Shown: in pieces, positions 37,929 to 47,960 of the stretch
Layout of the letters: each line of letters starts with the position of its first letter
Position numbering within the stretch: the first letter of the stretch is position 1
Assembly: GCA_963816145.1 (NCBI GenBank)
Contig: CAWFJP010000011.1
Coordinates: forward strand, 96,001 to 160,000
Direction: 5' to 3'
Length of the DNA: 64,000 nt
Origin: an uncultured delta proteobacterium
Lineage (GTDB): Bacteria; Desulfobacterota; Binatia; UBA9968
The notes under the pieces: generated by a model
Databases searched by the model: none
What the model was told of the DNA's origin: nothing
Seen by the model: the letters and a program-made list of their open reading frames with translations, nothing else
Position numbers and translations under genes: made by a program

Positions 37929-39443
37929 TCAATTTCGTAACCAGACGCGCTTCACATGAAGCAGAATAAACGCGCAGGTAGCCAGTGTCATCGCCCAGGC
38001 AAACCAGTCGCCGAAGCGGACGTAGTAAGTCGTTCCATTCAAGACGTCCACCTCGGTCTGCATTACTGTGCCTGTAAACATCGGCAAGAGTTTAACCACT
38101 TCACCCTTGGCATTCACCAACGAGGTCACGCCGGTGTTGGTGACGCGCAGCAGGCTGCGGCGGGTTTCGATGGCGCGTGATTGCGCCAGGCGCAGGTGCT
38201 GCCAAGGTCCTACCGATTTGCCGTACCAAGCGTCGTTGGTGAGATTGACCAGAACATTGGCGCGGGTCTCACTGACAAACTGGCGCGCCAGGTCGGGCAT
38301 CAGATCTTCGTAACAAATTAGTGGCGCTACCCGAACCGACCGAGGCAGGTGAAACACCACGGGACCCGGACCGGGCGTAAAGCCATCGGCAAAGGGCAGG
38401 TTCGGGATCCAGGAGAGCAGCTTGGCGAAAGGCAAATATTCGCCGAAGGCGAGCAACACCTGTTTATGATAGCGGGCGAGAATCCGCCCTTTAGCGTCGG
38501 TAAAAAAAGCCGTGTTGAAGGCTTGGCCGCTGGTCTGGCCAGGATTGCCACGAAAACTCTTGGCGCCGAAAATGAAGTAGGCGCGCTCCGCCCTAAAAAT
38601 TGGCATGACATCAAGCGGCAGCGCTTGCATAGTTTCTGGAATGAGCGCTTCGATGGCCGACTCCGGCCAAATAACTAGCGGCACGGAAGGTAACTCGGCG
38701 GTGAGCTGACGGTGCTGGGCAAGGTTTTTCTGCGCCAGCACCGGATTCCATTTCATGTCGATGTCGACGTTGCCCTGCACCGCGCCAATGGATAACTTGG
38801 CAGCACTTGCCATCTCGTCGCCGACGCTTTGCACGCGCTGAAATCCGTACGCCAGAGCAACGAGAATCGCTAAACAAGCGTAGGCCAACGGCAGGAACTT
38901 CTTGCGCGGCTCAGCGCTGGCGAACAGCGCATGATAGAACGCCGCGCTGAACCACATGACGATGAAACCGGTACCGTAGGGACCGACCAGGTCAGCGGTT
39001 TGGATGACCCAGAGAAACGACACCTGGGAGTTGGCGAGATACCAGGGGAACAGGAGAGGAAAGAGAAATTCGCAAGGCACCCAAAACAATGCCGGGAATA
39101 TCATGAGCGGGCCGAAACCGATACTGCGCACGAGCAGCGCAAAGAGCGCCATCTGTATTCCCTGCAGCACGGCGTAAAGCACAAAGATCACGACGCTAAC
39201 AGCCAAGGGGAAACCGCCGAAGACGCTAATCGTGTAGGTCAGCCAGTGAAAACCTATCAAGTGCGCCGCTAGCCCCATCAGCCAGCCGTAGAAAACCGCA
39301 CGCCGAAGAGTCGCGGCGCGATCGATCGCAAAGAACAGCGGCACAAAAGCCAGCCAAGCGAGGGGAAATAACCAAGGCTCGATAAACGGTGCCGCGAGCA
39401 GCACCGCGGCGAGAAGCGGCAGCAGGATGATTGGTATGTTCAC
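37929..39443 (-). CDS. lnt: Apolipoprotein N-acyltransferase
   Basis: TM N-terminus; VQGN, WPES, K...FGEYLP, ICYE, TNDAWYG, RAIE, NTG. Confidence 0.95.
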   Translation of the reverse strand: MNIPIILLPLLAAVLLAAPFIEPWLFPLAWLAFVPLFFAIDRAATLRRAVFYGWLMGLAAHLIGFHWLTYTISVFGGFPLAVSVVIFVLYAVLQGIQMALFALLVRSIGFGPLMIFPALFWVPCEFLFPLLFPWYLANSQVSFLWVIQTADLVGPYGTGFIVMWFSAAFYHALFASAEPRKKFLPLAYACLAILVALAYGFQRVQSVGDEMASAAKLSIGAVQGNVDIDMKWNPVLAQKNLAQHRQLTAELPSVPLVIWPESAIEALIPETMQALPLDVMPIFRAERAYFIFGAKSFRGNPGQTSGQAFNTAFFTDAKGRILARYHKQVLLAFGEYLPFAKLLSWIPNLPFADGFTPGPGPVVFHLPRSVRVAPLICYEDLMPDLARQFVSETRANVLVNLTNDAWYGKSVGPWQHLRLAQSRAIETRRSLLRVTNTGVTSLVNAKGEVVKLLPMFTGTVMQTEVDVLNGTTYYVRFGDWFAWAMTLATCAFILLHVKRVWLRN

Positions 39444-39510
39444 CGGAGCAAATCGTGATCGTTGCAGGGATTAAAGCCCGAGGCCGGTAGCAAAACAAAA
39501 GGTAAAGTTA

Positions 39511-40083
39511 TTATTTTTCAGTCTCAAAATCATAAGCCAGCTCCAGAAACTGCACCAGGATGCGCGCGGTAACACCCCAAATGTCCCAGCCATTGTTGAC
39601 GTAGAAGTGATAACTCGGATGGCCGCCGGGTGACAGATGGGCGTTTTTGACATATGTGCCCGGCTCCATCAGCGAGCGAATCGGCAGCGAAGCAACCGCG
39701 GTAGTCTCCGCCGGATCGAGACGAAAATTGTATTGCGGTGGAATCACACCCACCACCGGCGTCACCACGATGCCGTAGCCGGCGGTGAATTCGTCCAGAC
39801 GGCCCAGCACCCGCACATGTTCTGGAACCACGCCGATTTCTTCATGACTCTCGCGCAGCGCTGTAGCCACCAAATCGGCATCGCCCGCATGCACGCGCCC
39901 GCCCGGAAAGGCTATCTGCCCCTTGTGCGTCGGCATCTCGTCGCCCCGCTTGGTCAGCACGATGTATTCACCGTCGGCGCGTTCTTGAATTGGAATCAAC
40001 ACCGCCGCGGGCTTGAGACCGTTACCGGTGACGATCTCCGGCGTGCGCGACAGCAGAGCGGACGAAATTTTGTCAGCGACCAT
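39511..40083 (-). CDS. Nudix hydrolase, CoA pyrophosphatase family
   Basis: AAVLIP, LTKR, HKGQIAFPGG, ALRESHEEIG, IWGVTA. Confidence 0.92.
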   Translation of the reverse strand: MVADKISSALLSRTPEIVTGNGLKPAAVLIPIQERADGEYIVLTKRGDEMPTHKGQIAFPGGRVHAGDADLVATALRESHEEIGVVPEHVRVLGRLDEFTAGYGIVVTPVVGVIPPQYNFRLDPAETTAVASLPIRSLMEPGTYVKNAHLSPGGHPSYHFYVNNGWDIWGVTARILVQFLELAYDFETEK

Positions 40084-40164
40084 GGGTAAATAACTATTGC
40101 CGGGGGCGCGATCTATGATAGATACCGTGGCAATTTAGCCAATCGAAAGGCAAAACACTAGCCC

Positions 40165-40821
40165 GTGACCGAACGCGAAATTCATGCAGCGATCCGCATC
40201 CTGCGCCGCCAAGTGCCCAAGTGGAACACACCCGTGGTGACCCTGATGGCCGAGACCTACGAGAGTCCGTTTCGCGTCTTGATCTCCTGCATTCTCAGTT
40301 TGCGCACCCAGGACGCAACCACAGCCAAAGCATCGCATCGCTTGTTCGCGGTCGCCGATTCGCCCCAAGCGATGGTCAAAATTTCGGCCCAGAAAATTGA
40401 AAAGCTGATCTACCCGGTCGGCTTCTATAAAACCAAGGCGCGGCAAATTCGGCAAATTTGCCAGGCGATCATCGACCGCTACGACGGCAGAGTTCCCGAC
40501 GAGATCGACGAACTGCTCAAATTCAACGGCGTCGGCCGCAAAACCGCTAACTTGGTCGTCACCCTGGGCTACAATAAGCCCGGCATCTGCGTCGACACCC
40601 ACGTGCACCGGATTTCCAATCGCTGGGGCTATATCAAAACCGCTTCGCCTGAGAAGACCGAGGCCGCCCTGCGGGCCAAACTGCCCAAACAATATTGGAT
40701 CGAGTACAACAACTTGTTGGTGAATTTCGGCCAACATCTATGCCGGCCGATCTCGCCTCAATGCAGCCAATGTCCGGTGAAAAAATACTGCCCGCAGATA
40801 GGCGTCGGCGTGAGACGATAA
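40165..40821 (+). CDS. nth: Endonuclease III
   Basis: HhH GVGRKTAN, VDTHVHR, [4Fe-4S] motif C-x6-C-x2-C-x5-C. Confidence 0.93.
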   Translation: MTEREIHAAIRILRRQVPKWNTPVVTLMAETYESPFRVLISCILSLRTQDATTAKASHRLFAVADSPQAMVKISAQKIEKLIYPVGFYKTKARQIRQICQAIIDRYDGRVPDEIDELLKFNGVGRKTANLVVTLGYNKPGICVDTHVHRISNRWGYIKTASPEKTEAALRAKLPKQYWIEYNNLLVNFGQHLCRPISPQCSQCPVKKYCPQIGVGVRR

Positions 40822-40823
40822 AG

Positions 40824-42050
40824 ATGGTCCAACAGATTCCCAAAGGCTACTTCGCCAAGAACATCGACGCCGTCGGCTACCATGACTTAAACGGCAAGCC
40901 GGCTTTCAAGTTGGCGATGCAGGAGAAAAACCACCGCTGGTTTTTGTACGTCGCCCACCTCTGGCATCGCGGCTGGAGTGTCCTAGATGTCACCGATCCG
41001 GCGGCGCCGGAATACTGCGCTTACATTCCCGGGCCTGAGAATACCTGGACGATCCAAATCCAGGTCGCCGACGGTAAAATGATTACCGGCCTCGAACGCA
41101 TCGCCCCCGGCTGGGGCGGCGCCGACGGGCAACCATCCGCGGAAGGCTTCTTCATCTTCGATGTGAGCGAGCCGACCCAACCGAAGCAGATCGGCGACTT
41201 CAAAACCGGCAGCACCGGCACCCATCGCAACTTTTATGACGGCGGCAATATCGTCCATGCCGCCGCCGGTGCACCGGGGCTTAACGGGAAAATCTATCGC
41301 AGCATCGACATCAGCGATCCAACTAATCCGCGCGAGATTGGCCGCTTCTCTCTGCCGGAGCAGGAAGCCGGCGCGGCTACCAACGGATTAAAATTTTCGT
41401 TTCACGGGCCGGCGCATATCGAAGACGCGCGCGCCTATCTTTCCTACGGCGACGGCGGCGCCATCATTCTCGATGTCAGCGACCTTGCAAAGCCGAAGCT
41501 GGTGAGCCAGTTGGCCTTCCGCGGCATTACCGCGACCCAAGGGATTCACACCTACTTGCCGCTGCCGCGGCGCAAGATTGCGCTGGTCAATGACGAGGCG
41601 ATCCGCGAAAACGGTGATGAAAATCTGAATCTCGCCGGCATCGTCGACATCAGCGACGAGAAGCGGCCGCGCATGTTGTCGCTTTTTCCCCTGCCCGAAC
41701 CGCCGCCGGAAAGTGAATTAAAAAATTTTTATCAGAAAGGTGGCCGCTTTGGCCCACACAACCATCATCACCCCAACCACCAGACCTGCCTCGAAGACCG
41801 CGACGACGTGGCCTATCTCACCTACTTTAACGCCGGCTTGCGTGTCTACGACATCCGCGACCCACGCCAGCCCAAAGAGATCGGCTATTTCATCCCGGCC
41901 GATCCAACGGTTAGAATCGGGACGAAACCGAGTCGGCTAGTGGCCCAGTCCGAAGATGTCTTAGTCGATCGGCGCGGCTGCATCTACCTGAGCGACAAAA
42001 ATCACGGCATTCATATTTTGCGCCTTAAAAGCGTCTGGCCTTATAAGTAA
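40824..42050 (+). CDS. LVIVD-repeat beta-propeller protein with conserved histidines
   Basis: Repeated xxDVS/TDP units (VLDVTDP, IFDVSEP, IDISDP, ILDVSD, VYDIRDP); GRFGPHNHHH; YFNAGLR. Confidence 0.8.
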   Translation: MVQQIPKGYFAKNIDAVGYHDLNGKPAFKLAMQEKNHRWFLYVAHLWHRGWSVLDVTDPAAPEYCAYIPGPENTWTIQIQVADGKMITGLERIAPGWGGADGQPSAEGFFIFDVSEPTQPKQIGDFKTGSTGTHRNFYDGGNIVHAAAGAPGLNGKIYRSIDISDPTNPREIGRFSLPEQEAGAATNGLKFSFHGPAHIEDARAYLSYGDGGAIILDVSDLAKPKLVSQLAFRGITATQGIHTYLPLPRRKIALVNDEAIRENGDENLNLAGIVDISDEKRPRMLSLFPLPEPPPESELKNFYQKGGRFGPHNHHHPNHQTCLEDRDDVAYLTYFNAGLRVYDIRDPRQPKEIGYFIPADPTVRIGTKPSRLVAQSEDVLVDRRGCIYLSDKNHGIHILRLKSVWPYK

Positions 42051-42223
42051 ACTCAGCAATGGTTAGCAACGTGGGGTTCGTTGCTACACCCCTGTTTAGT
42101 TCCGCAAAGGGATCTACATCCATACACGCATGACCCTAATTGGCTGCCTTATTTGAATCTCGATCCGGAAGAAACACGGTGGAATCTTCGTTCCACCCAA
42201 TCGAATTTACAATTTTACATACG

Positions 42224-44212
42224 TTATCCTCGCACCGACAAACCCGACCAACTCCGGTCGCGTATCGCAAGTGCAGGATCCGTCGCAATCGGCTTTTCGA
42301 TAAACAGGTGGTGAAGCGCCTGCATGCCTAATACTATCCCGGCAAGAGTATCGATTAAAATAAAAGCCCGCTTCGGTAGCCATTTCCAATACCACAGCAA
42401 ATGACGAATAAATTCCGGGCGGAACAGGCCGGTGGCGCGCAGCCGATCGGGCGCTAAAAACTCACGGAACAACCGCGCACCTTCGACCGTTTGCGTGAAG
42501 CTGAGCCAGTTGGGCGACAGAAAGGGATATTTATGCGTTTTAGCCATTGTTGGCTGCAACAGATCGGTGAAGGCGGTGCGCAACAAACGTTTTTCCATCA
42601 ATTGATCGATGTCCATGAAATAAGACGGATCAACGGTGGAGACGAATTCCATTAAATCCCGATCGAGGAAAGGCGTCCGGCATTCAACTGAATTAGCCAT
42701 TTCAACCCGGTCGCCAAGGCAGGGAATAATGTAACTGACCAGCTGGTTGAAAGTCATTAGTTTGGTGGCGTTGAAAGGATCCATTTGAGACAGTTGTTCC
42801 GGCGGAAATTCGGACAGGAAATAGTCGTAGGGAGTCCGATAGCTCGTCTGGTCGAGGATTTCAGGCGTGAAGATCCATTTCATGCCCCGGGTGCCGTCGA
42901 CCGCACGCATCTGCTGAAAACTTGGATAGCCAAAAATGAGTTGAAGCTTGCGCCAGTGGTTACTCCGGCTCCAGAGAATGCCTTCCGAAGGGGTCTCAAG
43001 CTTTTTGAACCGGTCCCAGAGGACGCGCCCCTGGCGGGCTTGCTCGCCTCCGGCCAGCAACATGCGCCAGATTCTTTCTAATTTGAAATAGGCATAGCCG
43101 CCGAAGACTTCGTCCGAACCCTCTCCGGTTAGGCAGACTTTATAGCCCTTGGAGCGTACCAACCGGGAAAGTACCTGCTTGGCGATGGAATTGGGATTGG
43201 CGATCGGCTGTTCAATGTGAAAGATCGTTTTGAGAAAATTCTCCGCCAAGACATCATTGCTGCAATCGATGGCCTCAAACTGGGCGCCGTAGTGAGCTGC
43301 GGTTTGCCGGGCGGCAACAGTTTCGTCGTAGATCGTCGTGCCGAAGCCAACACTGAAAGCCTTAAGTTTTGAGGTTGCCGCCGCCGTCAGGCCGCAAACC
43401 AACGTAGAGTCCAGCCCGCCACTCAGATAGGCGCCGACGGGAACGTCCGCGACCATCCGGCGTTCCACGGCCTGAGTGAACAACCGGCGAACCTCGTCCT
43501 TGGCCTCAGTAAAGGAAATGGCGGGATTTGTTTTGAAAGTCGGCTGCCAGTAGGGCACCTCGCGCGAGTGGCGCTCGGACTCAACGATAAGAAAATGCCC
43601 CGGGTTGAGATTGCGGATTCCTGCAAAAGCCGAGATCGCGCGCGGGAACACGCCCAGCATGGGGCCAATCATGTAATCTGGGTTGAAACTTCGGGGCACC
43701 CGATTGAGTGCAAAGATCCCTTTGACCTCAGAACTGATCAGGATTTCTTTTTCGGTTTCCCAATAAAAAAGCGGCTTAACGCCGCAGCGGTCGCGCGCCG
43801 CCAAAAGCCGGTGGTTGCGCCCATCCCACATGATAAACGCAAATTCTCCGTTTAGTTGGTGGATAAAATCCATGCCATGCTGCTCGTAGAGATGAACGAT
43901 GACTTCGGTGTCCGAATGGGTGCGGAAACAATGGCCCTGGTCAATCAGTTCCTTGCGCAGCCGTTTGTAATCGTAGATTTCACCATTGAAGGTGATGCAA
44001 ATGGAGCCGTCTTCGTTGTAGAGCGGCTGATCTCCCTCCTGGAGGTCGATGATGCTCAGACGAACATGGCCGAAGGCAACCGTCCCATGTTCGAGCAAGG
44101 CATAGCCCGCGCCATCCGGGCCGCGGTGGCTGATCGCCGAACACATCCGCGTGATGTCTTCGCGCTCGGCAGGACTGCGATCCTTTTTCAGGATCATGGA
44201 AATGCCACACAT
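42224..44212 (-). CDS. asnB: Asparagine synthase (glutamine-hydrolysing) family amidotransferase
   Basis: MCGI, HRGPD, RLSIID, FNGEIY, SDTEV, LSGGLDS, GEGSDE, ECRTPFLD. Confidence 0.9.
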   Translation of the reverse strand: MCGISMILKKDRSPAEREDITRMCSAISHRGPDGAGYALLEHGTVAFGHVRLSIIDLQEGDQPLYNEDGSICITFNGEIYDYKRLRKELIDQGHCFRTHSDTEVIVHLYEQHGMDFIHQLNGEFAFIMWDGRNHRLLAARDRCGVKPLFYWETEKEILISSEVKGIFALNRVPRSFNPDYMIGPMLGVFPRAISAFAGIRNLNPGHFLIVESERHSREVPYWQPTFKTNPAISFTEAKDEVRRLFTQAVERRMVADVPVGAYLSGGLDSTLVCGLTAAATSKLKAFSVGFGTTIYDETVAARQTAAHYGAQFEAIDCSNDVLAENFLKTIFHIEQPIANPNSIAKQVLSRLVRSKGYKVCLTGEGSDEVFGGYAYFKLERIWRMLLAGGEQARQGRVLWDRFKKLETPSEGILWSRSNHWRKLQLIFGYPSFQQMRAVDGTRGMKWIFTPEILDQTSYRTPYDYFLSEFPPEQLSQMDPFNATKLMTFNQLVSYIIPCLGDRVEMANSVECRTPFLDRDLMEFVSTVDPSYFMDIDQLMEKRLLRTAFTDLLQPTMAKTHKYPFLSPNWLSFTQTVEGARLFREFLAPDRLRATGLFRPEFIRHLLWYWKWLPKRAFILIDTLAGIVLGMQALHHLFIEKPIATDPALAIRDRSWSGLSVRG

Positions 44213-44413
44213 GAGGTACGCCGTTGCTTTTCCGTTAACGCCAATGAATCAAAACACGCTTCTCTACCCATTTGACTCGGAGTCGACAGCCATCACTCAC
44301 CAAATCTACCACCATATGTTATAAAGACCCAACAGTGCTCCAGTTCAATATGAAATCATATCATTTTGGTAGGGCAGCGCGGCCGATCCATCACGCCGGA
44401 TAAGAGGCGAACA

Positions 44414-45196
44414 ATGGCCGAGACTATTTTTCTGATTCATGGAATGTGGGGCGGGCCGTGGTATTGGGAGAACTACAAACATGTCTTCGAGCAGCAAGGT
44501 TATAAATGTGTTGCAGCAACTCTGCCCTTCCACGACATGGCTCCCGATGATGTTCCCGATCCTCGCCTGGGCATAAGCAGTCTCCTTGACTATGCCGCTG
44601 CCATGGAACAGGAAATCAGACGCATGGGTTTGCAGCCCATCATAGTCGGCCACTCGCTTGGCGGACTGCTGGCGCAAATTCTCGGCAGCCGCGGCCTGGC
44701 TAAAGCTATTGTCCTGCTATCCCCAGCATCGCCAGCTGGAATCCTGGGCTTGCGGATTTCGGTCATGAAGGCTTTCTGGAGTGCGCATATTAAATGGGGC
44801 TTTTGGAAAAAGCCGATGCGCCAGACATTCGCCGAGGCGGCTTACTCGATGTTGCACCTCTGTCCGGCAAAAGATCAGAAAGAATTCTACGACAGATTTG
44901 TTTACGAATCCGGGCGGGTGGCATGCGAAACCGGATACTGGCTCTTTGACCCGCACGGCGCGTCTAGGGTCGACGAGTCAAAAGTGACTTGCCCGATGCT
45001 GGTCATTGCCGGCACGGAGGACAGGATGACGCCTGCATCTGTGGTCCGGCATGTGGCGAAAAAATATCAGGCGGTCGCCACCTATCGGCAGTTCGATAAT
45101 CACGCCCATTGGGTTGTCGCAGAGCCGGGTTGGCAGGAGATCGCAGAATTTGTCTCGACCTGGATGAAACAAATCAACCCAGCGGAAAGCCATTGA
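44414..45196 (+). CDS. Alpha/beta fold hydrolase
   Basis: LIHG, GHSLGG nucleophile motif, GTEDRMTP, HAHW. Confidence 0.9.
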   Translation: MAETIFLIHGMWGGPWYWENYKHVFEQQGYKCVAATLPFHDMAPDDVPDPRLGISSLLDYAAAMEQEIRRMGLQPIIVGHSLGGLLAQILGSRGLAKAIVLLSPASPAGILGLRISVMKAFWSAHIKWGFWKKPMRQTFAEAAYSMLHLCPAKDQKEFYDRFVYESGRVACETGYWLFDPHGASRVDESKVTCPMLVIAGTEDRMTPASVVRHVAKKYQAVATYRQFDNHAHWVVAEPGWQEIAEFVSTWMKQINPAESH

Positions 45197-45312
45197 ATGA
45201 ATCGGCACGAGCGCTCGACCAGCGGCCGATTTGAGATATTCGGGGGATCAGGAATGCGCTCGGCACTTTGCCGAGCGAGCGCGATCGTGCGAGAGCAAAC
45301 TAGCTTACCCAT

Positions 45313-45340
45313 AAAAAAGCGCGGCCTGCGGGCCGCGCTT
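45313..45340 (-). terminator. Rho-independent terminator for the LigB-LigA-SDR-ORF operon
   Basis: Minus strand reads aagcgcggcc-cgca-ggccgcgc-TTTTTT, 30 bp after the stop at 45372. Confidence 0.75.
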
Positions 45341-45371
45341 GAATGAAAGTTTTCAGGCGGGCTTTGAGCGT

Positions 45372-45695
45372 CTACGGTTTCATCGATTCGGGGAAGTATT
45401 TTGACGGCGCCCAAACATTGACCGTGAAATTGCAGCAACCCAAGACGCGCAGCTCGCGCATGATCCGGATATAATCGGCCGAATCGATAAAGTCGCGCCA
45501 GCTATCCAGCGTGTCAAAATCGATGGTGATCGCCACGTGGGGCGTCACTTCCAACGGGTTGCGATAGTTGCGCACTTCGATCACGCCTTTATGGCCCAGC
45601 GTGATCGGCAACCAATCGTTCTTCGCCTTGTTGGCGTAAATTGTTAAGTTAGCTTTCTGGTCGGGTAGATCCCATTGAATCACGAAGTGTACCAT
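45372..45695 (-). CDS. Hypothetical protein, probable dimeric alpha+beta barrel (EthD/ABM-like)
   Basis: GAGG RBS; 107 aa with KGVIEVRNYR and IDFDTLDSW...FIDSADY pattern. Confidence 0.6.
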   Translation of the reverse strand: MVHFVIQWDLPDQKANLTIYANKAKNDWLPITLGHKGVIEVRNYRNPLEVTPHVAITIDFDTLDSWRDFIDSADYIRIMRELRVLGCCNFTVNVWAPSKYFPESMKP

Positions 45696-45707
45696 GGTCG
45701 TTTCCTC

Positions 45708-46499
45708 TTATTGAGTCGCCCGAACTAAGCCGCCATCGATGGCGATCGTCGTGCCGGTAATATAACTCGCTCGATCTGAGCCAAGAAAAACGATCAAGTC
45801 GCCGGCTTCCTCGGCCGTCCCATAGCGTCCCAACGGCACCTCCGCCGCCATCTCCTTGTTGATTTCTTCCACCGGACGGCCCAGGCGATCGGCGCGGGCT
45901 TTGTTCAATTTCTGCGCGCGATCGGTATCGATGCGGCCAGGGCAAACGTTATTGAATAGAATATTGTCGCGGGCCAGCTCCCGTGACAGGGTCTTGGCCC
46001 AGCCGATCACCGCGCTGCGCACCGCATTGGACAGCACCAACCCGGCGATCGGTTCTTTGACCGAGTATGAAGTGATGTTGATCACTTTGCCGCCGCCGAC
46101 TTTGCGCAGATGCGGCACCGCCTCGCGGGTCATGCGCATGGTGCTCATAAAACTTAGGTTGAAAGCGTTCTGCCAGTCCTCATCGGTAAACTTCATGAAC
46201 TCGCCGGGAGGCGGGCCGCCGGCATTGTTCACCAAGACATCGACCCGGCCAAAATGTTTCGCGGTGTCGTCGACGAATTTCTTGATATCCTCCGCCTTGC
46301 TCATGTCCGCGACGATTGCCAACACCTCGCCGCCGGTTTGCTTGCGAATTTGCTCCGCGGTTTCTTTCAAGGCAGCTTCGCCGCGGGCGCAGATCGCCAC
46401 CTTGGCGCCTTCGCCTGCGAATCCCAGCGCCGCGGCCTTGCCCATGCCCTGACTAGCGCCGGCGACCAACGCCACTTTCCCTTTGAGTCCGAGATCCAT
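45708..46499 (-). CDS. SDR family oxidoreductase
   Basis: MDLGLKGKVALVAGASQGMG, NNAGGP, SNAVR (atypical catalytic motif), PGRIDT, IDGG. Confidence 0.92.
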   Translation of the reverse strand: MDLGLKGKVALVAGASQGMGKAAALGFAGEGAKVAICARGEAALKETAEQIRKQTGGEVLAIVADMSKAEDIKKFVDDTAKHFGRVDVLVNNAGGPPPGEFMKFTDEDWQNAFNLSFMSTMRMTREAVPHLRKVGGGKVINITSYSVKEPIAGLVLSNAVRSAVIGWAKTLSRELARDNILFNNVCPGRIDTDRAQKLNKARADRLGRPVEEINKEMAAEVPLGRYGTAEEAGDLIVFLGSDRASYITGTTIAIDGGLVRATQ

Positions 46500-46598
46500 G
46501 TGTGCTTTTCCCCCTGGTAGTTTTGAATGTGCCGGATACTAACAAACCCGCTTTCATGGGTCAAAATCACTTAAAGCCGAGTGATAAAACAATCACCA

Positions 46599-46844
46599 TC
46601 ACTTTTGCGCCCAGTAAATATTATCGCGAAACTGCGGACTGAGCCGCTTAATATAAAGACAGAGCATGCCATGCACGCCCAGCTGGCGCAGCTTGCGCGG
46701 ATCGCCCGAGCGTAGCGCGTCTTTCTCTTCGCTCGACAAATCGTATTGACCCAGCACCGATTCGAAGTCTTGCAGTGACTTTTGATAGGTCGTTTCATTC
46801 ATCTTCAAATCGAACAACAGCCGACTCAGATCATAGCAGCTCAT
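46599..46844 (-). CDS. Aromatic ring-opening dioxygenase LigA-like small subunit
   Basis: YDLSSEEKDALRSGDPRKLRQLGVHGML; adjacent to LigB. Confidence 0.8.
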   Translation of the reverse strand: MSCYDLSRLLFDLKMNETTYQKSLQDFESVLGQYDLSSEEKDALRSGDPRKLRQLGVHGMLCLYIKRLSPQFRDNIYWAQK

Positions 46845-46915
46845 GTTTGTCTCCAACTAGCGGCGCGATTGACGTTGTGCTTTTCCAACCCGAGGGTGTA
46901 ACCCGAAACCCGAAA

Positions 46916-47782
46916 CTAACTCAATTTCCAGCTGACAAATCCCCAGCCTGTGGCAACAAAGTCCGGCATGTAAGCGGTAAAACTCGCTTTGGCATCGCCG
47001 ACTGCGCCAAGCACCACCATCCAGTTGAGAAATTCCGTATCGCCGGCGTGCAAGAGTTCTTGAACTGAATATTCAACCAAGCTGCGCCCTTCGCCCTTGC
47101 GCATCACTTCAAGCAGCTTGTGATCGAAACTCTCGTCGATCTCGCCGATGCGCGGCGAGCCGGGGAAATGCGACAACCCGCCGGTGGCAAGGATCGCCAC
47201 TCGCTCTTTCGCGTTATTCGCCACTTCGCGGATCAGTTCACCCACTTGAAAGCAGCGCCGCGGCGAAGGCGCCGGATCGACCCAGGTGTTCACATAGATG
47301 GGCAAGATCGGCATCGTCGGCTGCGGCAGCAGAAAATACAGCGGCACCGTCTGCGTATGTTGCAACTCGACATGCTCGCCGTAAGAAAAGTCGATGCCCT
47401 TTTCCATGCCGGCGCGGAGGATCGCTTTGCCGAGTTCCTTGTGATTCTGATAATCGAACCTATGCCGGGTGAATTGCCCCTGCACTCGATCGGCGATGGT
47501 GACAAAAAACGTCGGAATATTGTTCCAGAAAAAATTAACGAACTGATCGTTGGCGACAACGATCAGTACGTCCGGCTTGGCCCGCTCTAGATCGGCGCGC
47601 AGCGTTGAGAACGCGACTTCCGCGTCATGCCGCAGCTTCTGCTGTTGCTCCAGAGTCGGACGGTTGGCCGAACCCTGCGGCGCCATGCTGTAGTGCAAAT
47701 CCATAAAATCTTCCCACTCTCGTCCGGGTTCGAGAAGAATATTCGGCGCATGGCTCGCCGCTAAGGCGGAAACTAGTGGCAT
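46916..47782 (-). CDS. Class III extradiol ring-cleavage dioxygenase, LigB family
   Basis: ASHAP, PDVLIVVANDQF, QH..TVP, ATGGLSH, FD, EFLNW. Confidence 0.9.
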   Translation of the reverse strand: MPLVSALAASHAPNILLEPGREWEDFMDLHYSMAPQGSANRPTLEQQQKLRHDAEVAFSTLRADLERAKPDVLIVVANDQFVNFFWNNIPTFFVTIADRVQGQFTRHRFDYQNHKELGKAILRAGMEKGIDFSYGEHVELQHTQTVPLYFLLPQPTMPILPIYVNTWVDPAPSPRRCFQVGELIREVANNAKERVAILATGGLSHFPGSPRIGEIDESFDHKLLEVMRKGEGRSLVEYSVQELLHAGDTEFLNWMVVLGAVGDAKASFTAYMPDFVATGWGFVSWKLS

Positions 47783-47960
47783 AGCTCAAACTCCTTCGCA
47801 AAGTGAGCGAAATCCTATGCCCCGACCTGGGAAAATGCAAGATGAAACGGCGGGAACAAAAGAAGAGTGACGGAAGATAACAGCAACTTGAACAGCGAAG
47901 AACCGAGGTAAGCCGATGCTAGACAGACCAGTGATCTGTCCGTTCGCGGCGCTGGCCGAT

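Noticed and set aside
42224-44212. Lasso peptide cyclase
   Set aside because: It has an intact N-terminal Cys glutaminase domain, and no B1/B2 proteins or precursor ORF were seen nearby
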